The notes beneath the pieces were generated by a model, which saw only the letters and a list, made by a program, of their open reading frames with translations, was not told the origin of the DNA and ran no database searches. A stretch of 64,000 nucleotides of DNA. Origin: Clostridiales bacterium. Lineage in GTDB: Bacteria > Bacillota > Clostridia > Christensenellales > UBA1242. The stretch is from positions 211,035 to 275,034 of the forward strand of contig CAKJYJ010000005.1 in the NCBI GenBank assembly GCA_918262735.1. Reading direction: 5' to 3'. The first letter of the stretch is position 1, and every line of letters starts with the position of its first letter. A program made the translations under genes and the position numbers. This document shows, piece after piece, positions 1 to 10,205 of this stretch.

Positions 1-1950
1 ATATATCCTACACGTTTCTGTTGCCTGGAAGGTAAATGTGTCGATTCCCTCTGCATACTTAATTGATCTAATCTCATTTTCACCATCGTAAGCAACATAC
101 CAAGAGATATTATCTTTGTTATATATTTCTTTATGATTTAGGCTAACGGTGTAGTTATTTCCTCTCTTTATTGTGTCTGTGTGAATTTCTATTGTCCTTG
201 CATTTATAACGCCCTTAACTGTTACTGTATCCCTTTTAGTTTCGTTGCCGTTTACCGTGCAATAAACCTCATAATTTCCAACTGCGGTTGGTGGAATGAA
301 TGTGAAAGTGCTTAACACTTCTTGTTTCTGTTCTTCCCCATTAACAAACCATTTTATATCCGCCTTGGTTGGCGATACTGAAACTGAATATTCAACACCT
401 TCTAGCCCATCAACAAGGCTCTCAATCTTTATTGTTTGAGTTTTTTTGTTTGGTGTTGAACAGGTTACTTTTGCCCACTTTGCAGTTAATGACACGTTGC
501 TATTTACTACTCTTGTATCAAAATTCCAAACTATTTCTTGATCATCTTCTAGGTAATACCAATAAACAAATAAATCGCCATTTGTTTTTGTTGGGTTAAG
601 TGGAGCGGTTGCCTTATCTCCGCCAATTATTTTTTGATTTTGAACCGAGGTTCCACCATTTGAGTTAAACGATACCACAAATAAATTTTGCCATTTTGCG
701 TAAATATAAAAATCATTTTCAATTATTGTTTCATTTGTGTATTGTATGTTAAAACCAACATTATACCAACCATCTAATATCAACCTTCCAAAAGCTTCAG
801 TGTAACTGCTTGGGATTGCTAGGTTGCTGTTTAGTTTATTAATGAAACTGTCTCTTGTTTGCCCGTTTAACAACGTGTAACCAAAATCCACATTAACAAC
901 ACAAAAATTTACCCCAAAATAATCTGACAATAAATCTTTTATAACTCGGTGCCCAAGCGCTGTTGGATGTGGATCAACCGCCGTTGCAATTTGCGTTAAA
1001 CTATAAACCGATTCTTCATCTTTTGTTATTCTTTCATTGATTAATACTGAATAATCTCCATCATAATTCTTAAATGCACTATTAACGCCCAAAACACTTC
1101 CCAAACCCTCATTATAACCAACTAAATAAGAATTTGGATAAACTCTCTCGTAGTTTTCATTTAAATATATTAAATCTAGCATCCTTTCGTTTAGGCCCAA
1201 AACCAAATCTTCGTTAGAGTTCGTTCCACCAGATATGTAGGTTTCGGTTATTCTGCCAATACTATTTAGATCGTCTGTTGTGATGAAATATTGGTCACCC
1301 TCACGAATGCCGTTTATGATAACCCCTTCGCTAACATTTTCATCTTGATAATGAAAATATGGGTTGTAAACATCTAAAAATATTACACTTGCATCTGGGT
1401 TCAATTCCTTTAATCTATTTAAAACCATTTCAAAATTTGTTGAAAAGTTGTCTAAACCCTCATCTAGTGCGGCTTCAACAATGCCGGTACTTAGCATGGT
1501 TCCTATATCAACGCCATTTAGTAGGCTGTTTGTTATTGTGTTAGTTGCTTTTTCTAGAATATCATTTGCACCAATACATATTGTTATTACATCTGCAGCC
1601 TTAACCGAATTAATTACCTTGGTGTTATTGTTTAACTTTTTAAATAGGTCTAGAGATGTGTCGCCGGAGTTGGCATATGAAACCCCATTCACATTTGTAT
1701 ACTTTGTGGACAGATATTGATAAAATGCTTTTGCATAACTACTATCAACAAAACCATTTGCATCTTTATTGTTATACCCCGACAGGCCATAGCCTTCGGC
1801 AATGCTATCACCAAGCGAAACATAATTTATGGTTCCCCAACTTGCACTAGCACTCGCATAATGTGTACTATTAAAATTGCTGTTAGAGACAAACAATCCA
1901 CCAACAACAAAAATAAAAATTACAAATAAAATTATGCCTAATTTTTTCAT
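1..1950 (-). CDS. SGNH/GDSL-family hydrolase, secreted, with Listeria-Bacteroides (Flg_new) repeat and Ig-like C-terminal region; C-terminus runs off the window
   Basis: Absent from the ORF track because there is no stop in the window. My minus-strand translation from the ATG at 1948-1950 stays open to position 1. It reads MKKLGIILFVIFIFVVGG (signal anchor), VSLGDSIAEGYG (SGNH block I), DPHPTALGH (block V), then FNSNGGTSVQNQKIIGGDKATAPLNPTKTNGDLFVYWY (Flg_new-type repeat). Confidence 0.75.
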   Translation of the reverse strand, partial: MKKLGIILFVIFIFVVGGLFVSNSNFNSTHYASASASWGTINYVSLGDSIAEGYGLSGYNNKDANGFVDSSYAKAFYQYLSTKYTNVNGVSYANSGDTSLDLFKKLNNNTKVINSVKAADVITICIGANDILEKATNTITNSLLNGVDIGTMLSTGIVEAALDEGLDNFSTNFEMVLNRLKELNPDASVIFLDVYNPYFHYQDENVSEGVIINGIREGDQYFITTDDLNSIGRITETYISGGTNSNEDLVLGLNERMLDLIYLNENYERVYPNSYLVGYNEGLGSVLGVNSAFKNYDGDYSVLINERITKDEESVYSLTQIATAVDPHPTALGHRVIKDLLSDYFGVNFCVVNVDFGYTLLNGQTRDSFINKLNSNLAIPSSYTEAFGRLILDGWYNVGFNIQYTNETIIENDFYIYAKWQNLFVVSFNSNGGTSVQNQKIIGGDKATAPLNPTKTNGDLFVYWYYLEDDQEIVWNFDTRVVNSNVSLTAKWAKVTCSTPNKKTQTIKIESLVDGLEGVEYSVSVSPTKADIKWFVNGEEQKQEVLSTFTFIPPTAVGNYEVYCTVNGNETKRDTVTVKGVINARTIEIHTDTIKRGNNYTVSLNHKEIYNKDNISWYVAYDGENEIRSIKYAEGIDTFTFQATETCRIY

Positions 1951-2177
1951 ACATGTATATTTTACCACATTAAGATATAAAATTCAAAAAAAAATAGCAA
2001 ATTTAAAAAATATTTTTTTATTATATTAATAATTAAAAAATTTTAACAAAAAATAATTAATAATATTGTATTTTTACCCTTGAAAATAAAGGGAATGATA
2101 ACCATTAATTAATCAACCAATTAATAATAATAATTTACATAAAATATTAATTTTTTGTCTCCTTGTCATCGTAATAT

Positions 2178-2206
2178 AAAAAATCCAGAGAACAATCTCT
2201 GGATTT
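2178..2206 (-). terminator. Intrinsic terminator downstream of tRNA-Glu
   Basis: The minus strand reads AATCCAGAGATTGTTCTCTGGATTTTTTAT, a 7-8 bp stem followed by a T-run, immediately 3' of the tRNA. Confidence 0.6.
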
Positions 2207-2211
2207 TGATA

Positions 2212-2286
2212 TGGTACCCTTAAGCGGAATCGAACCGCTGACTTCGCCGTGAGAGGGCGACGTATTAACCTCTTTACCATAAGGGC
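2212..2286 (-). tRNA. tRNA-Glu (anticodon CUC)
   Basis: The reverse complement is GCCCTTATGGTAAAGAGGTTAATACGTCGCCCTCTCACGGCGAAGTCAGCGGTTCGATTCCGCTTAAGGGTACCA. It folds as a cloverleaf: acceptor GCCCTTA/TAAGGGT, anticodon arm TCGCC-CTCTCAC-GGCGA, T arm GCGG-TTCGATT-CCGC, with encoded CCA. It closely resembles canonical bacterial tRNA-Glu. Confidence 0.85.
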
Positions 2287-2305
2287 AATAAATTTTTACG
2301 GGCTT

Positions 2306-2334
2306 AGTATATCATATAAAAAAACAAAAATCAA
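2306..2334 (-). promoter_or_regulatory. Sigma-A-type promoter for tRNA-Glu
   Basis: The minus strand reads TTGATT - 17 nt - TATACT, ending about 20 nt upstream of the mature tRNA 5' end. Confidence 0.5.
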
Positions 2335-2472
2335 TAGTTTTTAACACTTTGTTACACTGAGTATTGTTGCGTTTTATTTGTAATTATAAATATGTGACTC
2401 TTTTTAAACCATGGGTTTTTGTTGTCTTTGTTTCATCGCTTAAAAAAAGATGACCACCAGCCATCTTTTTAT

Positions 2473-2703
2473 TTACTTATTATCTATTGCTACCAGCCCA
2501 CAAAGAACATCAAAATATGAAAATGTTTCCCTTTCTTTTTGATTTGTCATAAAGGTAAACACGCTTGGATAAATATTCTCAATAAATCCTTGCAGTTTAT
2601 CAATCTTTTTTCTACCCCTGTTTACACTTAAATTTATTTCGTTGCCCTTCAAATCGGCTATTCTTGCCTTTATTTCAAATAACGCATTTGCGTTTGCCCT
2701 CAT
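2473..2703 (-). CDS. veg: Veg family protein (biofilm formation stimulator Veg)
   Basis: 76-aa ORF. NRGRKKIDKLQGFIENIYPSVFTF matches the conserved core of Bacillus Veg (NGGRRK...ETYPSVF). A hairpin with a T-run follows the stop. Confidence 0.85.
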   Translation of the reverse strand: MRANANALFEIKARIADLKGNEINLSVNRGRKKIDKLQGFIENIYPSVFTFMTNQKERETFSYFDVLCGLVAIDNK

Positions 2704-2773
2704 AAATAAACCTCCGCATCACACGTATAATTATTGACAGGCAACACGCAACCTAAACATATGCAATTATTAA

Positions 2774-3295
2774 TTATTCATCTTCATCTTCATCATCTAA
2801 ACTTTCGTCGTAATCATCTTCATCATCATCGCCGTCATCATTAAACTCGTCATCATCGTCAAACTCATCATCTTTTTCGTCGTCTAAATCATCTGGCATA
2901 CTTTCCAAATCGTCGTCTATATCTAAATCTTCTGAGTCATCTTCATCTAAGCCCAAATCGTCAACTGCTGTTAAATCACCAATGTCATCATCTCTTCCGT
3001 CGTCTATATCTTCATCTTCATCATCTCTTGTAAGATATGCGCTCCAATCGTCATTGTCTGGATCGTAATCTGGATCGCTTGTTCTTTCTGCAAGGCAACT
3101 TGCACACATCACCTCATCTGGTTGAATGTAATTTGTTCTACAAATTGGGCAAAGTTCTAAATCTAACTCGTCTAATTCATCACCGCCACCAACTTGCATT
3201 TCTTGTTTGCAAACGCTACAAAATTTTTCGTTTTTATCTATATAGTTTAATTCGCATCTTGGACATCTAATATAAGTCACCTTTTTCATATTCAC
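2774..3295 (-). CDS. Double zinc-ribbon protein with an extreme poly-acidic C-terminal tail
   Basis: CPRC..CSVC and CPIC..CASC pairs occupy the first ~70 aa. About 100 residues that are almost entirely D/E follow. Confidence 0.6.
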   Translation of the reverse strand: MNMKKVTYIRCPRCELNYIDKNEKFCSVCKQEMQVGGGDELDELDLELCPICRTNYIQPDEVMCASCLAERTSDPDYDPDNDDWSAYLTRDDEDEDIDDGRDDDIGDLTAVDDLGLDEDDSEDLDIDDDLESMPDDLDDEKDDEFDDDDEFNDDGDDDEDDYDESLDDEDEDE

Positions 3296-3375
3296 CTCTA
3301 ATTGTTATAAAAACACCCATAGTATACATATGAGAGAACTTATTGTCTAGTGATTTTTAATATTTTTCCGAAATT

Positions 3376-4638
3376 TTACACAATTTTAATATTCAAATCA
3401 ATATTGAGTTGTACATCATCTAAAAAATCCTCCGACAACACTCCAGTTTGTAAGTATTCCATATATTCCCTATTGTTTAACAAATAAAAAATTTCATTAA
3501 TGTTCATAATGTCTAATTTATTGCTTTTTGAATAGTTTAGTGCATTCCCTACCAGTTTTCTTATTTCCCTTCCAATATCACTTTTTACTCCATTTTTAAC
3601 CAAGTTTTGATTTTTTGAAACAACACCACTTTCTCTGTTTATTATTTCATCAATATCAATCGTTAGATTTATTTTTGTGCAAAGCATTGGAACTCCGTGT
3701 AAGAAAAACGACTCAAATTTTACAGACTTTGAAAGAACCTCAAAACAAATTGCATCAACATTATCAACGCTAGCTGTTTCAACAATCAATTTTTGTGGAA
3801 TATATGAAGAATCTAGCCAATAGGTTGCAAATGAAATATCCTTCGGCAGAATCTCCTGAATAACCCCATTTTTGAACACGGCAATCCTCCCAATATTTGA
3901 TATATATTTTTTTGAATCACCGTCCAAAGCATTGCCACCATTTTCTGTATTATTTCCGCCCGTGTTAACACTCAACGAATCATTTGATATGCTAATACCC
4001 TGCAAGTAGTCGTTGGTTAAAGATATACTATTCAACCTAGAAATACCGCTAACACTAAAATAACCCTTGTAAAAAGAATCAACGTTTGAATCAAGGGTGG
4101 TTGTGCTAGATTCTTCTAAATGACAAATTATATCGCTAAGTTTTATTCCTGTTTTGTTTTTTAATTCAATGGCAACATTAAAAACATCATGAACCTCATC
4201 TTCGCAAACAATGAGTTGCACACTATCTCTAACCTTATTGGTTCGAATTATCCCGTCAATCGCAAGTGCAAGATTTTTTTGGGATATTTTATAGCCAACC
4301 ATTATGTATCTTATATGCCCTAGTTTTAATGTTTTGCCAAAAATAACATTCATATTTGAAAGAGCATCAATAAAAGAAATGCCCGTTGATGTTAATAATT
4401 TATTATTTTCGCTCAAACTGTCATCAATTGATGGAATTGTTATCATTGCATCTAAAATATAATTGCCATCTTCGTTTATATCAACGCCCATAGCAACAAC
4501 AATTCCTGACCTAAAAGAAAGCGACCTAAGGTTAATTGCTGTTGGTAAAAGTGTTACACATATTAAACCAAACACCAAAAGCATAGGTTCCCTGTATATT
4601 CGTTTGAAAAATGTTTTAATGTCGTGCATTTTTTCCAC
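3376..4638 (-). CDS. Ger(x)C-type spore germination protein (third subunit of the germinant receptor)
   Basis: 420-aa ORF with an N-terminal hydrophobic anchor. It overlaps the end of the GerB-type permease gene by 23 nt, and its size and position fit the C subunit of a gerA-type operon. The assignment rests mostly on operon context. Confidence 0.65.
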   Translation of the reverse strand: MEKMHDIKTFFKRIYREPMLLVFGLICVTLLPTAINLRSLSFRSGIVVAMGVDINEDGNYILDAMITIPSIDDSLSENNKLLTSTGISFIDALSNMNVIFGKTLKLGHIRYIMVGYKISQKNLALAIDGIIRTNKVRDSVQLIVCEDEVHDVFNVAIELKNKTGIKLSDIICHLEESSTTTLDSNVDSFYKGYFSVSGISRLNSISLTNDYLQGISISNDSLSVNTGGNNTENGGNALDGDSKKYISNIGRIAVFKNGVIQEILPKDISFATYWLDSSYIPQKLIVETASVDNVDAICFEVLSKSVKFESFFLHGVPMLCTKINLTIDIDEIINRESGVVSKNQNLVKNGVKSDIGREIRKLVGNALNYSKSNKLDIMNINEIFYLLNNREYMEYLQTGVLSEDFLDDVQLNIDLNIKIV

Positions 4639-5713
4639 CTCTTGTTATTGTTAAAACACAAAAAAGTGCTGGTATTATCAACATAACAAAACCACCAAAC
4701 CAAGAAAGCCACATTCTTGCATAAACAACATATTCTAAGTAATCGTCTAAGAATAAAAATTCAGTGAATATTAAAACCATTATGACAGATATTAGGGTTA
4801 TTGTTTTATTATTATAATTAAATATTTTTTCAACACAGTCTCTTGCCGAGTATATAAAAATTCCACCCTGAATAATTAGGCATATAATAAAAATTAAAAT
4901 GGCAAAAATATCCATATGCCAACCACTTGAGGTTCCAATTGCATATTGCACAATGTCATATATTAAGTTGTTGTGAAAAACTGATGTTTGTTGGTAGAGA
5001 GAATAATAAACTAAATATGTTATAACCAACAAAAAAGATATTGTTACATATGGAAAAATAAATCTTTTTATTTGTCTTTTATCAACCTGTATTTTATCAA
5101 TAAAAATAAGCATCGCCAGCATATCACCATTCCAAAAAGATAGTTCAGTTATTGACCTAAAAAGTCCACTAAATGTGCCATGCGCCAAAGTTCCAATTCC
5201 CCAAAGTTTAACCGGAACAAAGGAAAACATAATTGAAACAATAAGCCCCACCACAACATATGGGAAAAAGAATTCTGCCGTTCTTCCAATACTGCGAAGC
5301 CCAGAAAATGCCAAGGCGCAACATACCGGAATAAAACATATAAGAAAGTTAAAGCGTGTGAATTCCTCATCAACAACATCTCTAATAAATCCATATCCAT
5401 CGCTCATAATTGAAAGTAGCTTAAATATAAAAAAAACAAAGAATATAAAATATATCGCCTTGGTTAAAAGTGTGCCAATTCCATTAGATAAAATTTCATA
5501 TATACCTAAATTTTTGTATTTATTTTTAAGCCAAAATAAAAGTATAATAAAAAGCACATTTATCACAACAATAACAGAAATAGACACCACGCCACCAACA
5601 TTATTACATTCATATAATAGTGCGGGAAGACTCGTAAATTTTAATGTGAGCAACAAAATACTTGCAATTATTCCAAATTGATGGCAGTTTATTGTTTCTT
5701 TGTTCATTTTCAT
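4616..5713 (-). CDS. Spore germination permease, GerAB/GerKB-type (B subunit)
   Basis: 365-aa polytopic membrane protein with about 10 hydrophobic helices. It is translationally coupled to the A subunit by a 4-nt overlap. Confidence 0.8.
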   Translation of the reverse strand: MKMNKETINCHQFGIIASILLLTLKFTSLPALLYECNNVGGVVSISVIVVINVLFIILLFWLKNKYKNLGIYEILSNGIGTLLTKAIYFIFFVFFIFKLLSIMSDGYGFIRDVVDEEFTRFNFLICFIPVCCALAFSGLRSIGRTAEFFFPYVVVGLIVSIMFSFVPVKLWGIGTLAHGTFSGLFRSITELSFWNGDMLAMLIFIDKIQVDKRQIKRFIFPYVTISFLLVITYLVYYSLYQQTSVFHNNLIYDIVQYAIGTSSGWHMDIFAILIFIICLIIQGGIFIYSARDCVEKIFNYNNKTITLISVIMVLIFTEFLFLDDYLEYVVYARMWLSWFGGFVMLIIPALFCVLTITRGGKNARH

Positions 5714-7161
5714 TTTCTCCCACCGAGTCTAACACTATTATTCTGTTTAATTGACTTTGGTCTATTTCTCATTTCAATAAGTGGCTTTTTGAACATTGCA
5801 TCTTTAATATCTGCCACAATTTTAGGAGCATACGGAGCAAGGTATGGTGTGTCATAATAGTTTAGAGAGTTGACATAATTAACAATATATATCACACCAC
5901 AAGTTATTCCCACAAGCCCTACGGTTGCCCCAAGAACAACAAAAATTGTTCTTAAAACCGTTAGTGTTGATGCCTGTGCCGGAACCGTGTATATTGCCAT
6001 GATGCTAACCGCAACAATTATTACTCCTGGTGGGGAAATGAGTCCAGCTTTTACTCCAGTGTCGCCAAGCACCAACGCCCCGACGATTGATGTGGCAAGC
6101 CCAAGATATTGTGGTAATCTTAAACTCACCTCGTATAACACCTGAAAAAGCAATAGAATGAATACTATTTCTAGAAATGGTGTAAATGGTAAATTTTTAG
6201 TTGAATTTGCAATGGTTATTATATAGTTTATTGGAAGGACTTTATAACTGTATAACCTTATGCTGAGATATGTTCCCGGAATTACTGTTGCAATTAAAAG
6301 CCCAATCGTTCTTATTATTCTAATAAGGTTAACGTATATGTAATTTGTGTAGTAATCATTACTGCTTTGAAAATCTTCAAAAACCATATATGGAAGTGTG
6401 AGAACTATTGGCGAACCATCAACCAAAATCGCCACCCTACCTTCTAGCATTTTTGCAACAACAATATCGGGCTTTTCTTGAAACCCCACCTGTTCAAATA
6501 GTGAGTAGGGCTTGTGTTTTAAAAAATCGGAAATATAGTAAGAATCAATCACTCCGTCTATATCAATTCTTTTTATTTTCTTTATTATTTCATTAACAAC
6601 TTTTTTGCTGGCTATGTTTTTCAAATAAATAATATTTATTTTTGTTTTGGTTTCCCTACCAACAACCAATTCTTCTATTCTTAGGTTTTTTGTTGGTAAT
6701 CTTTTTCTAATTAAACACATATTGCTTTTAATGCCCTCAACAAATCCCTCTCGTGGACCATGGATGTTGGGTGAGGTCGGCGGTTCCGTTGGGGTTCTCC
6801 CCGGATATTTTTCCAGGTCTATGCAAAGTGCTTGATTATCGTATATCAGCACCGTTTTATTGTCTAAAATGTCATCAATATATTTATTGAGATTTGTATG
6901 CTCCATTTCTGGACATAATAGTATTTTGTTTTTTAATGTTTCAAAATTAAAGTGTTCATTTTGTTTTGAAATTGGTTCAATAATCTGTTTCGCAATTTCG
7001 TTTCTATCCGCCATACTTTTAAGAAATAATAATGTAATCTCTCCTCCCGGAACCACAATTTTTCTTATCGCAAAATCTGGGTTTTCTCCCAACGCCTTTT
7101 TTGCATTCTGTATGTATAAATATTTATCTTCGCCTGTATCAACATTCAACAAAAAAGACAT
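5710..7161 (-). CDS. Spore germination protein, GerAA/KA-type (A subunit)
   Basis: 483 aa. IHGPREGFVEGIKSNMCLIRKRL matches the conserved GPREGF..N..LIRRR block of GerA-family A subunits. The C-terminal region is multi-TM. Confidence 0.85.
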   Translation of the reverse strand: MSFLLNVDTGEDKYLYIQNAKKALGENPDFAIRKIVVPGGEITLLFLKSMADRNEIAKQIIEPISKQNEHFNFETLKNKILLCPEMEHTNLNKYIDDILDNKTVLIYDNQALCIDLEKYPGRTPTEPPTSPNIHGPREGFVEGIKSNMCLIRKRLPTKNLRIEELVVGRETKTKINIIYLKNIASKKVVNEIIKKIKRIDIDGVIDSYYISDFLKHKPYSLFEQVGFQEKPDIVVAKMLEGRVAILVDGSPIVLTLPYMVFEDFQSSNDYYTNYIYVNLIRIIRTIGLLIATVIPGTYLSIRLYSYKVLPINYIITIANSTKNLPFTPFLEIVFILLLFQVLYEVSLRLPQYLGLATSIVGALVLGDTGVKAGLISPPGVIIVAVSIMAIYTVPAQASTLTVLRTIFVVLGATVGLVGITCGVIYIVNYVNSLNYYDTPYLAPYAPKIVADIKDAMFKKPLIEMRNRPKSIKQNNSVRLGGRK

Positions 7162-7206
7162 GCCACCCTCCTTGTTGGTAGTATGTCTTTTATTTGTTTT
7201 TTATAT

Positions 7207-8622
7207 TCAATTAATTATTGTTGCGCTTGCCTGTCCAGAATTTGTGCCATATGTACTATTTGTTAATGTTGTTATCATAACGCTAACAACACCGTCATTA
7301 TTAATAAACCCAGAAAGGTCAATTTCATAATTGGCAAAATTACCATCATACTCTGTTACGACATCCGTTGAAAGTACGGTAAATTCCTGACTTGGAACGC
7401 TTGTGCCATAGCCAACAACAATTTTAAAATCCCCATCAAAATACTTTCCGTCTTCCAATCCAAATGAAAGGGTTTTTGTTTGTTTGTCATACTCGGCATT
7501 CTGAACCATTTTTTGTTCAAGATAACACTTTATAGTCTTGCAATCGTCATATGTGTATATACTGCTTAAATAATATGAATTTCTCGCTGGCACAGCAACA
7601 ACAGAAATTATGTATGCTCCTGGACCAAATGTGTATATATCACTGAGTTGAAAAGTGTTAATTCCAGATCTTGCATCAACTTCAAAGAATAGTATTTCGT
7701 CATTCTCTAAATTTACTCCATAATTTATCCTATATTTTGATGCGTTTGGAACGGCATTCCATGTTATTTTATCGTTTGTTATATCTGAATTTGTTGTGTA
7801 AACATTTTTATTTGTTTGATCCTGGTCTAAACCATTAACAAAAAGCCTTGGAGCCTCTAGTGCAACATAATTCATTACGGTTTCAACTTCAGAAAAATCA
7901 CTTGTTGCTCTTGGACCTTTTCCGTACGCCCTTACTTTAACACCATATATTCCAGCCTGATTAAGATATGTGTTTAATTCAATATAGCCATTTGTGGAAT
8001 CAATCTTTGTTTCTTTTCCGTTACTGTCTGAAATAACGTATTCGTATTTTGTTGCGTTTGGTATGCTGTCAACATTTAAAGCCGTGCCATTATATAGTTG
8101 ATTTACGTGAAGCACCGGAGCATCTAGTTTCATGTTATTAATTCTGTCATTTCTCACATTAATAACCACAAAGGCGGTTAAAAGTCCGGCAATTATTACT
8201 GCAGCAATCACAATAAAAATGATTAACTTTTTGTGTGCTTTTTCTTGTTTTTTGTCCTCTTCTTCAATTTCTTTTCTTACCTTATTTATATCAACATTTT
8301 GTGGGTTTCTATGCACCTGACCATTTCTTCTTGCCATTTGTGGAGTTCGGCCTGTTGGACGACGCTCGCCAACTTTTCTTACCCCCGGTTTACCATTTTG
8401 TGACCTGTTTTGTGGCCTGTTACCTTGTGGTGGCACATTTCTTGCCCCAGTTGCTCGAACCTCCCCAGTTACCCTTTGTTCTCTGGCGTTTTCAACAACG
8501 CCACTTTGAACATTTTGTGACGGTGAAACTGCGGTATCATTAACATTATTGGAATTAGGTGAAGGTGGCTCTTGACGTTTTGGCAAAATTGGACGTTCCC
8601 TTTTTTCTAAATTGTCTGGCAT
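7207..8622 (-). CDS. Hypothetical single-pass membrane protein (basic Arg/Pro/Gln-rich N-terminus, extracellular beta-rich repeats)
   Basis: 471-aa ORF with a TM helix (LIIFIVIAAVIIAGLLTAFVVI) at about residue 145. About three FN3/Ig-like-looking modules follow. It lies immediately upstream of the ger operon on the same strand. Confidence 0.55.
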   Translation of the reverse strand: MPDNLEKRERPILPKRQEPPSPNSNNVNDTAVSPSQNVQSGVVENAREQRVTGEVRATGARNVPPQGNRPQNRSQNGKPGVRKVGERRPTGRTPQMARRNGQVHRNPQNVDINKVRKEIEEEDKKQEKAHKKLIIFIVIAAVIIAGLLTAFVVINVRNDRINNMKLDAPVLHVNQLYNGTALNVDSIPNATKYEYVISDSNGKETKIDSTNGYIELNTYLNQAGIYGVKVRAYGKGPRATSDFSEVETVMNYVALEAPRLFVNGLDQDQTNKNVYTTNSDITNDKITWNAVPNASKYRINYGVNLENDEILFFEVDARSGINTFQLSDIYTFGPGAYIISVVAVPARNSYYLSSIYTYDDCKTIKCYLEQKMVQNAEYDKQTKTLSFGLEDGKYFDGDFKIVVGYGTSVPSQEFTVLSTDVVTEYDGNFANYEIDLSGFINNDGVVSVMITTLTNSTYGTNSGQASATIIN

Positions 8623-8813
8623 TTTCTCCTCCGTTTTTATAGAAGATAGTAATTATATTATACACTAATATTAATAAACCTTGCGTTTTTTGTCAAATTT
8701 ATAATATACAATTTATTCGTTTTTTTATTTTTTTTATAAAATTGCATTAAAAACTTAATAAAAATCCACCCCATTTTGAGGTGGAATAACAAATTACATT
8801 TTCTGTAACATAT

Positions 8814-9014
8814 TTATTTCTTTTGTTCATTCAATTTTTCTACTAAATAATCAACCTCAACGCCATGAACCATTGCTGCCTCTTCAAGAGTTTCTGCAAG
8901 TGCACAAGGACAGGTAAAACAATGCATACCAAAACCCAATAAAACATCTTTAAGGTTTTCGTCAATACTAAGCACATCACTAATTGTCATTTCTTTTGTT
9001 ATTTTTTTATCCAT
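8814..9014 (-). CDS. DUF1858 / hybrid-cluster-protein-associated redox disulfide domain protein
   Basis: MDKKITKEMTISDVL...GMHCFTCPCALAETLEEAAMVHGV is the typical family signature. I chose the ATG at 9014 because AAGGAGA lies upstream of it. The longer tracked ORF (to 9059) would overlap the upstream gene. Confidence 0.7.
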   Translation of the reverse strand: MDKKITKEMTISDVLSIDENLKDVLLGFGMHCFTCPCALAETLEEAAMVHGVEVDYLVEKLNEQKK

Positions 9015-9028
9015 ATTATTTCTCCTTT

Positions 9029-10066
9029 TTAATCTAGGTGTTCTCCACATATAATACAATGGTCTGCACCTTCATCATTTTCGGTGCCACAATTAAGACA
9101 CCTTTTTGTTTTTTTTGCGGTTGTATTATACAACGAATCTAAACTAAGGTCAACAAAATTTTTTTGTGGCTTTGCTTCATGTATGTCCTGCGGCTTTTCG
9201 CCTTTGGTTATTTTGAAATTACCAAACGGAACATAGTCATAATCTTCATTTTGTTCATCTTGATCTTGATTTTTAACTTTTTGTTCTTCGCTTTGATTAT
9301 CATTGGTCTCAAGGCTTAATTCTTTGTCTTGATTTTCTTGCCCAAGTCTTTCTTCCGCCACACTATTTTGGCTTGCAATTACCCTATCACTTTCTGCCTG
9401 ATATTTTTTTGGAAGATTGTATTTTGTTATTTTAACATCAACTAATTCAAGCCCTGCAACAGTAAATAATTTGGTTATTTTTGCCCTTATACACTCAGTA
9501 ATTTTAGGACTGTTTGACACAACGTCTGAAATAATAAAATTTTGTTTTTCAAGCTCATTAACAACTATTTCATCAATCCAAGACCCAATGATACCTTCAG
9601 CCTCGCCAGTTTTAATGTAGTCAAACTCGTTAAGAAGTGACTGCATTAGCTCCCTTGCATTATTAACCTTAAATGTGTATGTCCCTTGAATGCCGACCGA
9701 AAAAAATCCGTAAGCCTTTGTTCCCATTTCAACCTTTCTGTAACTCTTAAAATCGCATTTTCTTAAAGAGCAGTCAACAACATACAGATTAGCATTAAAT
9801 TTATCATATCGCTTTCCATCGACAATTTTATCAATATGAAATTTTCTACACATCTCTGGAAGGTTGGAGTATGAAAAATAGTGTTCGCCACTTTCAAAAA
9901 TATCAGTTACTTTCCCTTTTTTACCAATCAAAAAAGAAAAGCCCTCAGGAACAATTAATTTTGCATTAATCTTAATCGTATCCTTTGACAGTTTTGTTAC
10001 GAGATATTTTATCTCTTCCGAACTAATTTTAATATCGTACTTGTTTTTATTACCAAATAATCCCAT
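9029..10066 (-). CDS. YdjI-like SPFH (Band_7_1) domain protein with C-terminal zinc ribbon
   Basis: 345 aa. GTYTFKVNN resembles GTFTFKVQD of B. subtilis YdjI. An acidic/Gln-rich linker is followed by CLNCGTENDEGADHCIICG. Confidence 0.6.
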   Translation of the reverse strand: MGLFGNKNKYDIKISSEEIKYLVTKLSKDTIKINAKLIVPEGFSFLIGKKGKVTDIFESGEHYFSYSNLPEMCRKFHIDKIVDGKRYDKFNANLYVVDCSLRKCDFKSYRKVEMGTKAYGFFSVGIQGTYTFKVNNARELMQSLLNEFDYIKTGEAEGIIGSWIDEIVVNELEKQNFIISDVVSNSPKITECIRAKITKLFTVAGLELVDVKITKYNLPKKYQAESDRVIASQNSVAEERLGQENQDKELSLETNDNQSEEQKVKNQDQDEQNEDYDYVPFGNFKITKGEKPQDIHEAKPQKNFVDLSLDSLYNTTAKKTKRCLNCGTENDEGADHCIICGEHLD

Positions 10067-10205
10067 GTCTTAATATTATCACAAATGTTTTATATTTGCA
10101 ATTACATCAATAAGGTTTGCAAAAAAAATAACAAGAAAAATTTGGAAATATGTTATTAAAAAGAGAGCAAAATCGCCCTCTTGTTCTTTGTTATTATTAT
10201 AGTTT

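Noticed and set aside
5175-5681. 168-aa plus-strand ORF inside the GerB-type permease gene. Similar antisense ORFs occur at 6860-7330, 14159-14422, 17289-17777, 41448-41951 and 26760-27125.
   Set aside because: These are shadow ORFs on the opposite strand of well-supported genes. They have low-complexity or hydrophobic translations, no RBS and no recognisable family.
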